This document shows, piece after piece, positions 45,169-54,895 of a stretch of 64,000 nucleotides of DNA. The DNA is from Candidatus Krumholzibacteriia bacterium (GTDB lineage: Bacteria > Krumholzibacteriota > Krumholzibacteriia > LZORAL124-64-63), in contig JAWOID010000082.1 of the NCBI GenBank assembly GCA_046484865.1, positions 1 through 64,000 of the forward strand. Direction: 5' to 3'. The notes under the pieces were generated by a model. That model worked only from the letters and a program-made list of their open reading frames with translations, was not told the origin of the DNA and did not search any database. Numbering within the stretch: the stretch's first letter is position 1; each line of letters begins with the position of its first letter. The translations under genes were made by a program, and so were the position numbers.

Positions 45169-47331
45169 TCACTCGATCCAGCGCGTGAGCCACGCGTTGA
45201 CTTCCTCGTGCCACTGGATCGAGTTGGCCGGCTTGAGCACCCAGTGGTTCTCGTCGGGGAAGTAGAGCAGTCGCGCCGGCACCCCTTGCCGGCGCAGGGC
45301 GGTGAAGGTGGAGAGCCCCTGCGTGTCCACCACGCGGTAATCCAGCGCGCCGTGCACCACCAGCGTCGGGACGTGCCAGTTCTGCACGTGCTCGATCGGG
45401 TTGTGCTTCCGGTACGCCTCCGGATTCTCCCACGGCGTCCCCTGATGCTCCCACTCGGGGAACCACAGCTCTTCGGTGTCGAAGTAGGCCATCCGCTCGT
45501 CGAGATTGCCGTCGTGAGTGACGAACGCGCGGAACTGCCGCGAGAACGGCTGGCCATGCATCCAGTTGATCATGTAGCCGCCGTAACTCGCGCCGGCCGC
45601 CACCACGCGGTCGCCGTCCATCCAGGGATATCGTTCCAGGGCGGCCGCCAGTCCCTTCTCCAGATCCTCGAGGGGCCGATCGCCCCAGTGACCGCGGATG
45701 GCGTCGGTGAACTCCTGTCCGTATCCCGTGGAGCCGTGGAAATCCACCGCCACGGTGGTGAAACCGGCGCCGACGTACGTCTGGGGATTCCAGCGGTAGT
45801 GGAAGTCGTTGCCGAAGCTGCCCTGCGGGCCGCCGTGGACCAGGAACGCCACCGGCCACTTGCGGCCGGCGGCCGCCTCCTCGTCGCTGTAGTCATGGGG
45901 CTTCACGACGTAGGCGTACACCGTGTCGTCGTTCCAGCCCCGAAACGTGAACTGTTCCGGCTCGCCCAGGCGCACCCGCGCGAGTTGCGCCGTGTTCATG
46001 CGGGTGATCTGCCGCAGGTCGCTGCCGTCCGGACGGATGGAGTACAGTTCGGCCGGAGACTGCAGGCTCTGCAGGCTGAACACCAGTCGGTCGCCCCCCA
46101 GCTGCAGGTCGCGGCAATCGCCCATCTCCTGGATCAGCCGCACGTCGCCGCGGCGCACCCCGACGGCGAAGATCGAACGCTGGCCCAGGTACGGAGCGGT
46201 GCAGTAGAGCTGCTTCCCGTCCCTCGACCACAGCAGGCTGCCCGGGCTCAGTTCGAGGCCCTCGTGGACGAGGTCGACGACCCGCCGTTCGCCGCTGTCG
46301 CGGTCCAGCAGCACGATCCGGAAGCGGTCGGCCTCGTAGCCCGGCCGCTCCATGGCCAGGTAGGCGAGGGTGCTTCCGTCGGGGGAGAACACGGCGCCGG
46401 TGTCCCACGCCGGATTGCCGTCGGTGAGGCGACGGAGTTCGCCCGGCCGGTCGGGGGCGACGGCCCACAGGTCGTAGTCGGTACTCCAGGCCCACTCGCT
46501 ACCCGGCACGGTCTTGGCCGTGAAGACGATCTCGCGGCCGTCCGGAGAGACCGTCACCTCCTCCATGCCACCCCAGGGAAAGGTGGGGGTATCGGCGTCG
46601 AGGTCGGGTACGAGGTCCACGGGATCGGCGTCCGGGTCGGCCAGCGGGAGCAGGAAGATGTGGTTCCGCTTGCCATCCTCCCACGTGTCCCAGTGACGGA
46701 ACATCAGCTCGTCGTACACGCGGCCGGTCGCCGGATCGGCGTCGCGCTCCTCGTCGCGCCGCGCGGTCTCGGCGATGGTGGCGCCGGGATAGACCTCGAG
46801 CGATAAGAGCAGGGCGTCGAGGGCGGGCGCGAGCGCGAGACCGGTCACCGGCAGGGGCAGGTCGGTCACCTGCCGTGCCTCGCCGCCGTCGGGATCGATG
46901 CGCCAGATCTGGCTGCTGCCCGACCGGGCAGAAAGGAAGTAGATGTCGCCATGACCGTTCCAGCGGCCGCTCCAGTCGCCGGCCTCGTGGGTCGTGAGGC
47001 GCCACGGCTCGCCGCGGGCGGCGCCGCGTTCCAGCTCGACCAGCCACAGATCGGTGCGTCCCCGGTTGGCCTCGAGATCGGTCTCGCGCAGGGTGAAGAT
47101 TGCACGCCGGCCGTCGGGCGACACCTGGGCATCGGAGATGCGGTCCATGGCGAGCAGGTCGTGGACGGAGAAGGGGTGCGGCTGGTCGGCAGTCCCGGTG
47201 ACCGGGGACGCCGGGGCGGCCGCGGTGGAGGTGGCGGGTGCGGCCGCGACCGGCGAGACGGGACCTGCGGTCACGCCACTCAGCGACGCGACCAGGACGA
47301 GCGCGGAAACGAGGAGCATGCGGCGGATCAA
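45169..47331 (-). CDS. Secreted S9 family peptidase (dipeptidyl/acylaminoacyl peptidase)
   Basis: Signal peptide, beta-propeller SPDG repeats, HGGPQ, GASYGG, DYRV and DENHW. Confidence 0.93.
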   Translation of the reverse strand: MIRRMLLVSALVLVASLSGVTAGPVSPVAAAPATSTAAAPASPVTGTADQPHPFSVHDLLAMDRISDAQVSPDGRRAIFTLRETDLEANRGRTDLWLVELERGAARGEPWRLTTHEAGDWSGRWNGHGDIYFLSARSGSSQIWRIDPDGGEARQVTDLPLPVTGLALAPALDALLLSLEVYPGATIAETARRDEERDADPATGRVYDELMFRHWDTWEDGKRNHIFLLPLADPDADPVDLVPDLDADTPTFPWGGMEEVTVSPDGREIVFTAKTVPGSEWAWSTDYDLWAVAPDRPGELRRLTDGNPAWDTGAVFSPDGSTLAYLAMERPGYEADRFRIVLLDRDSGERRVVDLVHEGLELSPGSLLWSRDGKQLYCTAPYLGQRSIFAVGVRRGDVRLIQEMGDCRDLQLGGDRLVFSLQSLQSPAELYSIRPDGSDLRQITRMNTAQLARVRLGEPEQFTFRGWNDDTVYAYVVKPHDYSDEEAAAGRKWPVAFLVHGGPQGSFGNDFHYRWNPQTYVGAGFTTVAVDFHGSTGYGQEFTDAIRGHWGDRPLEDLEKGLAAALERYPWMDGDRVVAAGASYGGYMINWMHGQPFSRQFRAFVTHDGNLDERMAYFDTEELWFPEWEHQGTPWENPEAYRKHNPIEHVQNWHVPTLVVHGALDYRVVDTQGLSTFTALRRQGVPARLLYFPDENHWVLKPANSIQWHEEVNAWLTRWIE

Positions 47332-47693
47332 GGGTGACCTCCCGGGTCGGAGAACGGCGGCGCCGGCGCGGTCCGCGCCGAGCGGACGGCAACGAGCACC
47401 GGCGCGTCCAGCACCGGTGACGCCGCATGGAAGCCGAGGAACCGCTCCAGTATAGCCGGGTCGGGACGGGTTGCGAAGCGGTGTTCAGCGGCGGGCGTCG
47501 CGCTCTGCGGGCGGCCCGCCGGCCGAGAAGGGAGCTTTGTCCCCCGTCTCGATCGCGTTACCTTCTGATGCGACGGCCCGGTGCGCCGCCAGCGCGCCGG
47601 GCGGCCCGCCGCCGGCGCACTGCCGGCGCGCCGGGCGCGCTCGAAACCGCCGTCGCCATCGCCGCCGCGGGCGGGAACCGGGAGCGAACGCCG

Positions 47694-48725
47694 ATGCGCA
47701 AGGTCGCGGTGGAGGACGCGATCGGGCTGGCCCTCGGCCACGATATCACCGAGATCGACCCGCGCCGCCGGATCAAGCGGCGCGCCTTCCGGCGCGGGCA
47801 CGTCGTCGCCGCCTCGGACGTGGAACGGCTGCGCGACCTGGGCAAGAACGCCATCTACGTCTGGGAGGACGATTCGAACCTCGTCCACGAGGACGACGCC
47901 GCGCGGCTGGTGGCGCCGCTGGCAGCCGGCGAGGGAGTCGATCACGACAGCGAGCCGGTGGAGGGCAAGATCGGTTTCCGCGCCTCCCGGCGAGGCCTCT
48001 TCCAGGTGGACGTGGAGCGGCTCCTCGAACTGCACCGGCTCCAGGTGCCCAGTCTGCCTACCATCCTCACCGACAGCATGGTGGAAAAGGGGCAGGCGGT
48101 CGCCGCCTTCCGCATCATCCCCCTGTGCTGCACGCGCGAGACGATGGACGCGGTGCGGTCGCTCCTGGCCACGCCGCTGCTGCGGGTGAAACCGTTCGTG
48201 ATCGACACGGCCGCCGTGGTGGTCACCGGCGACGAGGTGTTCCACGGACGCGTGGAGGACGGCTTCGTGCCGCGACTGACCGAGACGCTGGAGCGTCACG
48301 GGGTGGCCGTGACAGCCGCCGAGATCCTGCCCGACGACCGCGCGCAGATCGCCGCGGCGGTGGCGAGGCACACCGCCGGCTGTGGTCTGGTCCTCGTGAC
48401 CGGCGGCACCTCGGTGGACCCGGACGACGTGACCCACGCCGCCCTCGCGGACGCCGGCGTGGTTTTCGCCAGCCGCGGCGGACCGCTGCAGCCGGGAAAC
48501 AACCTCTCCATCGGCACCCTCGGCGGGGCGCGGGTGATCACCGTGCCGGCGGCGGCCCTCTTCTTCCGCGCCACGGCCCTCGAGGTGTTCCTGCCGCGCT
48601 TGCTGGCGGGCGACCCCGTGACCGCCGACGATGTCGCGCGGGCCGGGCACGGGGGGCTCTGCCAGTTCTGCGCCACCTGTCACTTCCCGGTCTGCACCTT
48701 CGGCGCCGGCGGGCGGGTCCGCTGA
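47694..48725 (+). CDS. MoeA-like molybdopterin-binding protein with C-terminal Cys cluster
   Basis: LGHDITEI, AFRRGH, VHEDDAA, VTGDEV, TGGTSVDPDDVT and GGLCQFCATCHFPVCTFG. Confidence 0.82.
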   Translation: MRKVAVEDAIGLALGHDITEIDPRRRIKRRAFRRGHVVAASDVERLRDLGKNAIYVWEDDSNLVHEDDAARLVAPLAAGEGVDHDSEPVEGKIGFRASRRGLFQVDVERLLELHRLQVPSLPTILTDSMVEKGQAVAAFRIIPLCCTRETMDAVRSLLATPLLRVKPFVIDTAAVVVTGDEVFHGRVEDGFVPRLTETLERHGVAVTAAEILPDDRAQIAAAVARHTAGCGLVLVTGGTSVDPDDVTHAALADAGVVFASRGGPLQPGNNLSIGTLGGARVITVPAAALFFRATALEVFLPRLLAGDPVTADDVARAGHGGLCQFCATCHFPVCTFGAGGRVR

Positions 48726-49930
48726 TGCAGTCGTTCGCCGAAGCGCTGGATGCCATCCTCGCCGCCGCGCCGGTCGCCGGCATCGAAGAGGTGCCGCGGG
48801 CGCTGGCCGCGGGGCGGGTGGTCGCCCGCGACCCGCGCGTGCCGCGCGATGTGCCGGCGTCCCGGCTGGCGGCGGTCGACGGATTCGCCCTGGGGCCGGA
48901 AACCGGGCCGTCCTGGCGCGTGGTGGCCACGATCCCCGCGGGTCGCTCTCCGGTCGCCTCGCTGACGGCCGGCGAGGCGGCGGCCGTGATGACGGGCGGC
49001 CTGGTGCCGGCGGGTGCCGAGCGCGTGGTCAGGGTGGAGGACTGCCGGGAGGATGGCGCCACGGTGAGGGTGGCGCACGCGGGGCCGGAGGGGCCGCTGA
49101 TCAACGAGACCGCCGCGGAGGCGGCGGCCGGCGATCCGCTGCTGGAGCCGGGGACGCGTCTGGACGCGACGCGCTACCCGGTGCTCTGCGCCGCAGGGGT
49201 GCAGCGCGTGGAGGTCTTCCGGACTCCGCGCCTGGGCGTGCTGGTCACCGGGGGCGAGGTGGTGGACGGTTGCGACGGCTCCGACCGTCTGGCGCCCGGG
49301 CTGGTGTTCGACGCGAACGGAGCGATCGTGTCGTCGCTGGCCGCGGCGGTCGGCGTTCCGGTGGCGCGCCTGCTGCGCGTGGACGACACCCCGGCGGCGC
49401 TGGCGGCGGCCGTGGCCGACCTGGCCGCCGACTGCCAGGTCATCGTCACCACCGGCGGCATCTCGCGCGGCCGCTTCGATCTGGTGCCGGACGTCCTGCG
49501 CGACGCCGGCTTCAGGGCGCTCGTGGACGGCATCAGGATGCGCCCGGGGCGTCCCCTGCGCGCGGCGCGGCGCTCCGACGTGATCTGGCTGGGACTGCCC
49601 GGGTATCCGGCCGCCTGTTACACCGGCGCCCTGCTCTTGCTGGTGCCGCTGCTCAAGGCGGCGTCCGGACGCCGCGACGCGGCCGCTCGTCCGATCCGGG
49701 CGCGCCTCGCGACGCCCCTGCACGGCAGGAGCGAGCGGCTGGACTGGTGTCGCGTGGGTCTGGAGGTCCGGGACGGCGCGTGGATCGCCCGTGACCCGGG
49801 GACGCAGCGCTCGTCCCACTTCCTGAACTTCGCGCGGGTCGATGGTCTGGCGGAGTTGCCCGAGACCGTGGACGCGCTGCCGGCCGGCGCTGCCGTCGAC
49901 GTGGTGAGCACCGCCCTGGAACTGACGTGA
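48725..49930 (+). CDS. moeA: Molybdopterin molybdenumtransferase
   Basis: AAVDGFA, MTGG.VP, VTGGE, TGGISRG..D, MRPGRP and GLPGYP; TGATG coupling with the upstream gene. Confidence 0.88.
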   Translation: MQSFAEALDAILAAAPVAGIEEVPRALAAGRVVARDPRVPRDVPASRLAAVDGFALGPETGPSWRVVATIPAGRSPVASLTAGEAAAVMTGGLVPAGAERVVRVEDCREDGATVRVAHAGPEGPLINETAAEAAAGDPLLEPGTRLDATRYPVLCAAGVQRVEVFRTPRLGVLVTGGEVVDGCDGSDRLAPGLVFDANGAIVSSLAAAVGVPVARLLRVDDTPAALAAAVADLAADCQVIVTTGGISRGRFDLVPDVLRDAGFRALVDGIRMRPGRPLRAARRSDVIWLGLPGYPAACYTGALLLLVPLLKAASGRRDAAARPIRARLATPLHGRSERLDWCRVGLEVRDGAWIARDPGTQRSSHFLNFARVDGLAELPETVDALPAGAAVDVVSTALELT

Positions 49931-49937
49931 ACAAGTT

Positions 49938-50019
49938 GCAATCGAGCGACGGACCGGGTGATCGAGTGAGCGAGTGAGCAATCGAGCGACGGACCGGGTG
50001 ATCGAGTGAGCGAGTGAGC
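49938..50019 (+). repeat. Perfect 40-bp tandem duplication in the moeA-mobB spacer
   Basis: GCAATCGAGCGACGGACCGGGTGATCGAGTGAGCGAGTGA x2 (49938-49977 and 49978-50017) followed by GC. Confidence 0.95.
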
Positions 50020-50033
50020 GAGGAGGCGAGGCC

Positions 50034-50834
50034 GTGGATCGACGTGGATCCCGCGACGATCGGCCGGTCGCGGCGGTCGGGACGACCACCGCCGGCGCCG
50101 CCGGGCGCGCGCCCGCGCCGGCGTCGATGGCGGCACCGTCGAGGGTGCCGGTGCCGGTGCCTGCGGTGCGGTTCTCGGCCCCGTCCGGCTCCGGAAAGAC
50201 CACTCTCCTGGAGCGGGTCATCGCCATCCTGACCCGTCGCGGCCTGCGCGTGGGCGCGGTGAAGCATGACGCCCACCGCTTCGACATCGACGTGCCGGGG
50301 AAGGACAGCCACCGCCTCGCCGGGGCCGGCGCCGCCGCGGTGCTCCTGGCCGACGCGGAGCGACTGGCGCTCGTCCGCCGCCATGCGGCGGCGCCGACGG
50401 CGGGTGCGGAGCCGGGCGTGGAACCCGGCTCGGAGCCCGGCGTGGAGGAATTGATCGCCCGCTACCTGGCCGACATGGACCTGGTGCTGGTGGAGGGCTA
50501 CCGGGCCAGCCGTCTGCCGCGCATCCTGGTGCGCCGCGCGGGCGGGCCCGCGCCTGCTGCCGGACCGGAACTCGTCAGCGGATCCGCAACCCCTGCCGGA
50601 TCCGCCGGACGCGGGGCCGCGACGTCCGACGGGGAGGAGCCCCCCCCGCGGGTGCTCGCCCTGGTCACCGACGACCCGGGAGCCGCACGCGGCCCGGAGG
50701 CGCGGGACCGGGACGGGAGCGCGATTCCGGTGCTGCCCCTGGACGACCCCGAGCGGGTGGCCGACTTCCTGGTCGCCTGGCTGGAGTCGATCCGCGGCGA
50801 ACCGGCGGCGCCTCGCGGGGAGGCCGGCTCATGA
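50034..50834 (+). CDS. mobB: Molybdopterin-guanine dinucleotide biosynthesis protein B
   Basis: SGSGKTTL, VKHDAH.FDID.PGKDS and DLVLVEGY. Confidence 0.88.
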   Translation: MDRRGSRDDRPVAAVGTTTAGAAGRAPAPASMAAPSRVPVPVPAVRFSAPSGSGKTTLLERVIAILTRRGLRVGAVKHDAHRFDIDVPGKDSHRLAGAGAAAVLLADAERLALVRRHAAAPTAGAEPGVEPGSEPGVEELIARYLADMDLVLVEGYRASRLPRILVRRAGGPAPAAGPELVSGSATPAGSAGRGAATSDGEEPPPRVLALVTDDPGAARGPEARDRDGSAIPVLPLDDPERVADFLVAWLESIRGEPAAPRGEAGS

Positions 50835-51835
50835 GCGTCCCCGTGTCGGCTGCGCCCGGAGCCCTGGTCGACGGCCGCGACCGCCGCATCAGCTACCTGC
50901 GGCTGTCGGTGACCTCGCGCTGCGACCTGCGCTGCCGCTATTGCCGCCCGTGCGGGGGACGCGCCGGCGACGAGATCCCACCGGCCGGGGACCTGCCCCT
51001 CGATCAGCTGGCCCTGCTGGCGGCGGTGGCGGCGGAACTCGGCATCCGCAAGCTCCGGATCACCGGGGGCGAGCCCCTGCTGCGCCCCGGTCTGCTGCCG
51101 TTCCTGGCCGACGTGGCGCGGTTGCCCGGCCTGGAACGGCTCGTCCTGACCACCAACGGCACGCGGCTCGCCCGCGACGCGGCGGCCCTGCGGGCGGCGG
51201 GAGTGCGGGGACTGAACGTCAGCGTCGATTCGCTGCGGCCCGATCGCTTCCGCTCGATCACCGGCGGCGGTGACCTGACCCGGGTGCTCGACGGCGTGCT
51301 GGCGGCGGAGGCGGCGGGCCTCGAGGTGAAGCTGAACGTCGTGCTGCAGCGCGGGGTCAACGACGACGAGATCCTCGCCTTCGCGGCGTTCGTCGCCGGG
51401 CGCAGCCTGTGCGTGCGTTTCATCGAGTTCATGCCGACGGGCGGCGTCGTGGTCGATCCCTTTCTGACCGTCCCCGGCGCCGAGGTGCTGGCACGGCTGC
51501 GCCGGACGTACACGCTGGAGCCGCGCGCGGGCGACGCGCTCGGCGGCCCGGCGCGCACCTTCGACCTGGCCGGCGCGCGCGGCAGCGTGGGCGTGATCTC
51601 GGCGGTCTCCTGCGGGTTCTGCACCAGCTGCAATCGCATCCGCGTGGATGCGTCGGGCCGCGCCCGCGGCTGTCTCTTCGCGCCGGACGCCGTGGATCTG
51701 CGGCCGTTGCTGGCGGCGCGCGACCGGGCCGGACTCGCCGCCACCCTGCGCCGGGTGGTGGCGACCAAACCCCCCGACCACGGGGGCCGTCCACAGACCG
51801 GTTGCAGGATGTCCATGCACCGGATCGGGGGCTGA
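50831..51835 (+). CDS. moaA: GTP 3',8-cyclase
   Basis: YLRLSVT.RCDLRCRYC, TGGEPL, RFIEFMP, FCTSCNRIR...C and C-terminal MHRIGG. Confidence 0.95.
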   Translation: MSVPVSAAPGALVDGRDRRISYLRLSVTSRCDLRCRYCRPCGGRAGDEIPPAGDLPLDQLALLAAVAAELGIRKLRITGGEPLLRPGLLPFLADVARLPGLERLVLTTNGTRLARDAAALRAAGVRGLNVSVDSLRPDRFRSITGGGDLTRVLDGVLAAEAAGLEVKLNVVLQRGVNDDEILAFAAFVAGRSLCVRFIEFMPTGGVVVDPFLTVPGAEVLARLRRTYTLEPRAGDALGGPARTFDLAGARGSVGVISAVSCGFCTSCNRIRVDASGRARGCLFAPDAVDLRPLLAARDRAGLAATLRRVVATKPPDHGGRPQTGCRMSMHRIGG

Positions 51836-51874
51836 GCCGGGGCGGGCCGGCGGCGACTCGAGAGGAGTGAGAAC

Positions 51875-52357
51875 TTGGGTTTCAACCACTTCGATGCCGC
51901 GGGGCGGGCGTGGATGGTCGACGTCAGCGCCAAGCCGCTCACCCGGCGCACCGCTGTCGCCGAGTCCGTGGTGCGGATGGGGGAGGACCTGCTGCGCGCG
52001 GTTTCGTCCGGAGGCGTTGCCAAGGGAGACGTGCTCGGTGTGGCGCGCGTGGCCGGCATCGCCGCCGTGAAGCGCACGCCGGAACTGATCCCGCTGGCCC
52101 ATCCGCTGGCGGTCCATCACGCGGCCGTGGACTTCGCGACCGACGCCGGCGCCGGTCTGCTGCGCATCACCTGCACCGTGCGAGCCCACGAGCGGACCGG
52201 CGTCGAGATGGAGGCCATGACCGGCGCCGCCGTGGCGGCGCTCGCGGTGTACGACATGTGCAAGGGAATCGACCGCGCGGTGGAGATCGCCGGCGTGCGT
52301 CTGATGCGCAAGGAGGGCGGCAAGAGCGGAGTCTTCGTGCGCGAGGAGTCGACGTGA
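51875..52357 (+). CDS. moaC: Cyclic pyranopterin monophosphate synthase
   Basis: HFD..G.A.MVDVS.K, KGDVL, LIPLAHP, TGVEMEA, YDMCK and K.GGKSG. Confidence 0.95.
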   Translation: MGFNHFDAAGRAWMVDVSAKPLTRRTAVAESVVRMGEDLLRAVSSGGVAKGDVLGVARVAGIAAVKRTPELIPLAHPLAVHHAAVDFATDAGAGLLRITCTVRAHERTGVEMEAMTGAAVAALAVYDMCKGIDRAVEIAGVRLMRKEGGKSGVFVREEST

Positions 52358-52944
52358 ACGACGACCTCCATGCGGCCGCCGCGACGGATCTGCGCGTCGG
52401 GATCCTGGTCCTCAGCGACCGCGCCGCCCGCGGCGAGCGCCCCGACGGCAGCGGCCCGGCCCTGGCCGCCTGGCTGGAGGCGCACGGCGCCCGCGTGGTC
52501 AGCCGCCAGGTGCTGCCCGACGACGCCGGCGCCATTCGCAGCTGCCTGTGCGCCTGGATGGACGACCGCGGGCACGATCTCGTGCTCACATGTGGCGGTA
52601 CGGGAGTGGCGCCGCGCGACGTGACCCCCGACGCCACGCTCGCGGTCGTCGAGCGCATCGTGCCGGGCCTGGCCGAGAGCATGCGCCGGGCCAGCAGCGC
52701 CACGTCGCCCCATGCGGCGCTTTCCCGGGCGGTGGCCGGCATCCGCGGGCGTTGCCTGGTGGTGAACCTGCCCGGGAGTCCGCGCGCCGCCCTGGAGAAC
52801 CTGGCGGCTGTGTGGCCGGCGCTGCCGCACGCGGTGGCCAAGATCCAGGGGGACGCGACCGAGTGCTGCTCCGCCGGCGACGTCGGCTCCGCCGGCGACG
52901 TCGGTCCCCCGCCGTCCACGGCGCACCCGCCGGGAGACGCCTGA
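52354..52944 (+). CDS. mogA: Molybdopterin adenylyltransferase (MogA/MoaB family)
   Basis: LSDR, D.SGP, GGTG..PRDVTPDAT, LSR and NLPGSP; GTGA overlap with moaC. Confidence 0.9.
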   Translation: MNDDLHAAAATDLRVGILVLSDRAARGERPDGSGPALAAWLEAHGARVVSRQVLPDDAGAIRSCLCAWMDDRGHDLVLTCGGTGVAPRDVTPDATLAVVERIVPGLAESMRRASSATSPHAALSRAVAGIRGRCLVVNLPGSPRAALENLAAVWPALPHAVAKIQGDATECCSAGDVGSAGDVGPPPSTAHPPGDA

Positions 52945-53609
52945 TGAGCGGCGCCGACGAGCGGCGGCACACCGCCCGGGTGTCGAGGGCGATCGGCGGG
53001 CCGCCGCCGGCCGTCACCGGCGCCATCCTCGCCGGTGGCTGCTCGAGACGGATGGGCCGGGACAAGGCCCTGCTGCCGTGGGGAGGCATGCGCCTGCTGG
53101 ACGCGGTGGCGGCGGCGCTGGCGCCGCTCTGTCGCGAGCTCCTGGTGGTGGCGCCGGATCCGGATCGCTACGGCGGAGCCGGCCTGCGGCCGGTGGCCGA
53201 TGCCCGGGGCGGCGCGTCGGGGCCGCTGGTCGGGTTGCACGCCGCTCTGCGGGCCGCCGGCACCGAGGTCGTGCTGCTGGCGGCCTGCGACGCTCCCCTG
53301 CTGCAGCCGCAGCTCCTGCGCGGCCTGGTGGCGGCTGCCCCGGCGCCGCCGGCGGAGGCGGTCGTGCCGGTGGCCGGGGGCTGCGACCAGCCGCTCGTGG
53401 CGATCTACAGTCGCACGATCCTGGCGCGCGTCGACGAGCGGCTCGCCGCCGGGGCGCGCTCGCTCCGGGACCTGCTTCCGCATCTCGTCGTGCGGCGCCT
53501 CCAGCCCGCGCTCTGGCGCGCCTGGGACCCTCGGGGCCTGTCGTTCCGCAACGTGAACACGCCGCGGGATCTGGCTGCCGCCCGCCGCGCGCTCTCGCCT
53601 CGGGATTGA
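52944..53609 (+). CDS. mobA: Molybdenum cofactor guanylyltransferase
   Basis: ILAGG.SRRMGRDKA, GPLVG, ACDAP and NVNTP.D. Confidence 0.92.
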   Translation: MSGADERRHTARVSRAIGGPPPAVTGAILAGGCSRRMGRDKALLPWGGMRLLDAVAAALAPLCRELLVVAPDPDRYGGAGLRPVADARGGASGPLVGLHAALRAAGTEVVLLAACDAPLLQPQLLRGLVAAAPAPPAEAVVPVAGGCDQPLVAIYSRTILARVDERLAAGARSLRDLLPHLVVRRLQPALWRAWDPRGLSFRNVNTPRDLAAARRALSPRD

Positions 53610-53687
53610 GGCGGCGCCAAACCGTTGGTATCTTCGGTGTGCGGGGCGGCCGTCCGCCGCCGACCCTCTGTCCCGGAGGACGTAGCC

Positions 53688-54050
53688 ATGTCGCAGAAGC
53701 CGGGCTTTCAGGCAGGACTCCAGCACGAGGACGACCACCGCGCCGTGATCTGGAACCTCCGGGGCCGGCTCATCGGCGATCCGCTCTGTTACGAGTTCCT
53801 CGAGTCGGTGCGCGCGGAGATCGACGCCGGCCGACCCAACGTGGTGCTCGACCTCGGCGGCGTGGACCAGATCAACAGCACGGGGCTGGGCATCCTGGCC
53901 TCCATCTACATCTCCTCCCACAACCACGGCGGCCGGGTCTGTCTGGTGGGGGTCTCCGGCCGTACGGAGCAGTTGCTCGACGCCACGGGCCTGCGCAACT
54001 TCATGCCGTTGTGCGATTCGGTGGACGAGGCCCTCAACCGCCATTCCTGA
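53688..54050 (+). CDS. STAS-domain anti-sigma factor antagonist
   Basis: VVLDLGGVDQINSTGLG.L, SVDEAL; GGAGG RBS. Confidence 0.88.
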   Translation: MSQKPGFQAGLQHEDDHRAVIWNLRGRLIGDPLCYEFLESVRAEIDAGRPNVVLDLGGVDQINSTGLGILASIYISSHNHGGRVCLVGVSGRTEQLLDATGLRNFMPLCDSVDEALNRHS

Positions 54051-54142
54051 GCCTGCGAGCTTGCCTGGGGGCGGCGCGGGTGCCAGATTTCCCCCTGGGG
54101 TCCCCACCACCATCCACCAGAGCCCCGGGACGGTCCCGTCGC

Positions 54143-54697
54143 ATGTTGGTCACCGATCTATCGCCCGCCGACAAGGCATGGGTGCGCGAGCGCACCGAGC
54201 TCCTGTTCGGGGGCGAGTTCCTCGTCAGTCGCCACATGACGCACGACCCGACCCTGCTGCCCGGATTCATCGCCGTGGAGAACGGCGAGCGGATGGGTCT
54301 GGCCACCTACCACCTCGAGGGGAACCGTTGCGAGCTGGTGAGCATCGACGCGCTCTGCCAGTTCATCGGGGTGGGGACCGCCCTGCTCGAAGCGGTGGAA
54401 GCGGCCGCCCGGGCCGAGGGTTGCCGGATGCTCTGGCTCATCACCACCAACGACAACCTCGATGCGCTGCGCTTCTTCCAGCGGCGGGGATTCGTCATCT
54501 CGGGGTTCCGGCTGGGCGGGATGAACCGCATCCGGCAGCTCAAGCCGGCCATCCCGGAAACGGGTTACTACAACATTCCGCTGCGCGACGAGATCGAGAT
54601 GCACAAGCCCATCGGTTCGGGCGACGGCTGGCGGGTGGTGCAGGGCAACGGCGCCGCCACCCTGGCGCTGCCTTCTGCGTCGACTCCTCGGCGGTGA
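54143..54697 (+). CDS. GNAT N-acetyltransferase
   Basis: ELVSIDA...GVGTALL, LITTNDNLDALRFFQRRGF, KPAIP and RDEIE. Confidence 0.88.
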   Translation: MLVTDLSPADKAWVRERTELLFGGEFLVSRHMTHDPTLLPGFIAVENGERMGLATYHLEGNRCELVSIDALCQFIGVGTALLEAVEAAARAEGCRMLWLITTNDNLDALRFFQRRGFVISGFRLGGMNRIRQLKPAIPETGYYNIPLRDEIEMHKPIGSGDGWRVVQGNGAATLALPSASTPRR

Positions 54698-54895
54698 GCC
54701 CGCCGGCGCTTCCGGTCGTCAGGAGTGCGTGCTGGTTTCCCGGCCGCCTCACTCCGGGCTGGTGAGCCGGGCATGGCGTGTGTAGAATGCCCCTCCGACA
54801 TCGCGAGAGCCGTTCTTCAGCGGACGCTCCGCAGGCCGCGGACGCGCGTGACCGCTGATCATACCTCGCATCTTTCGCAGTGAATGGAGGAAGGC

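Noticed and set aside
47332..47693. Moco/Wco riboswitch or ModE box upstream of the Moco operon
   Set aside because: No consensus recognised; the GC-rich stems are expected by chance at this composition.
49938..50019. Possible mini CRISPR array
   Set aside because: The copies are directly adjacent with no spacer, there are only two units, and no cas genes are present.
52868..52906. 18-bp tandem repeat (SAGDVG x2) at the mogA 3' end, and similar Pro/Ala/Gly-rich inserts in mobB
   Set aside because: In-frame low-complexity tails, common in GC-rich genomes; no sign of function.
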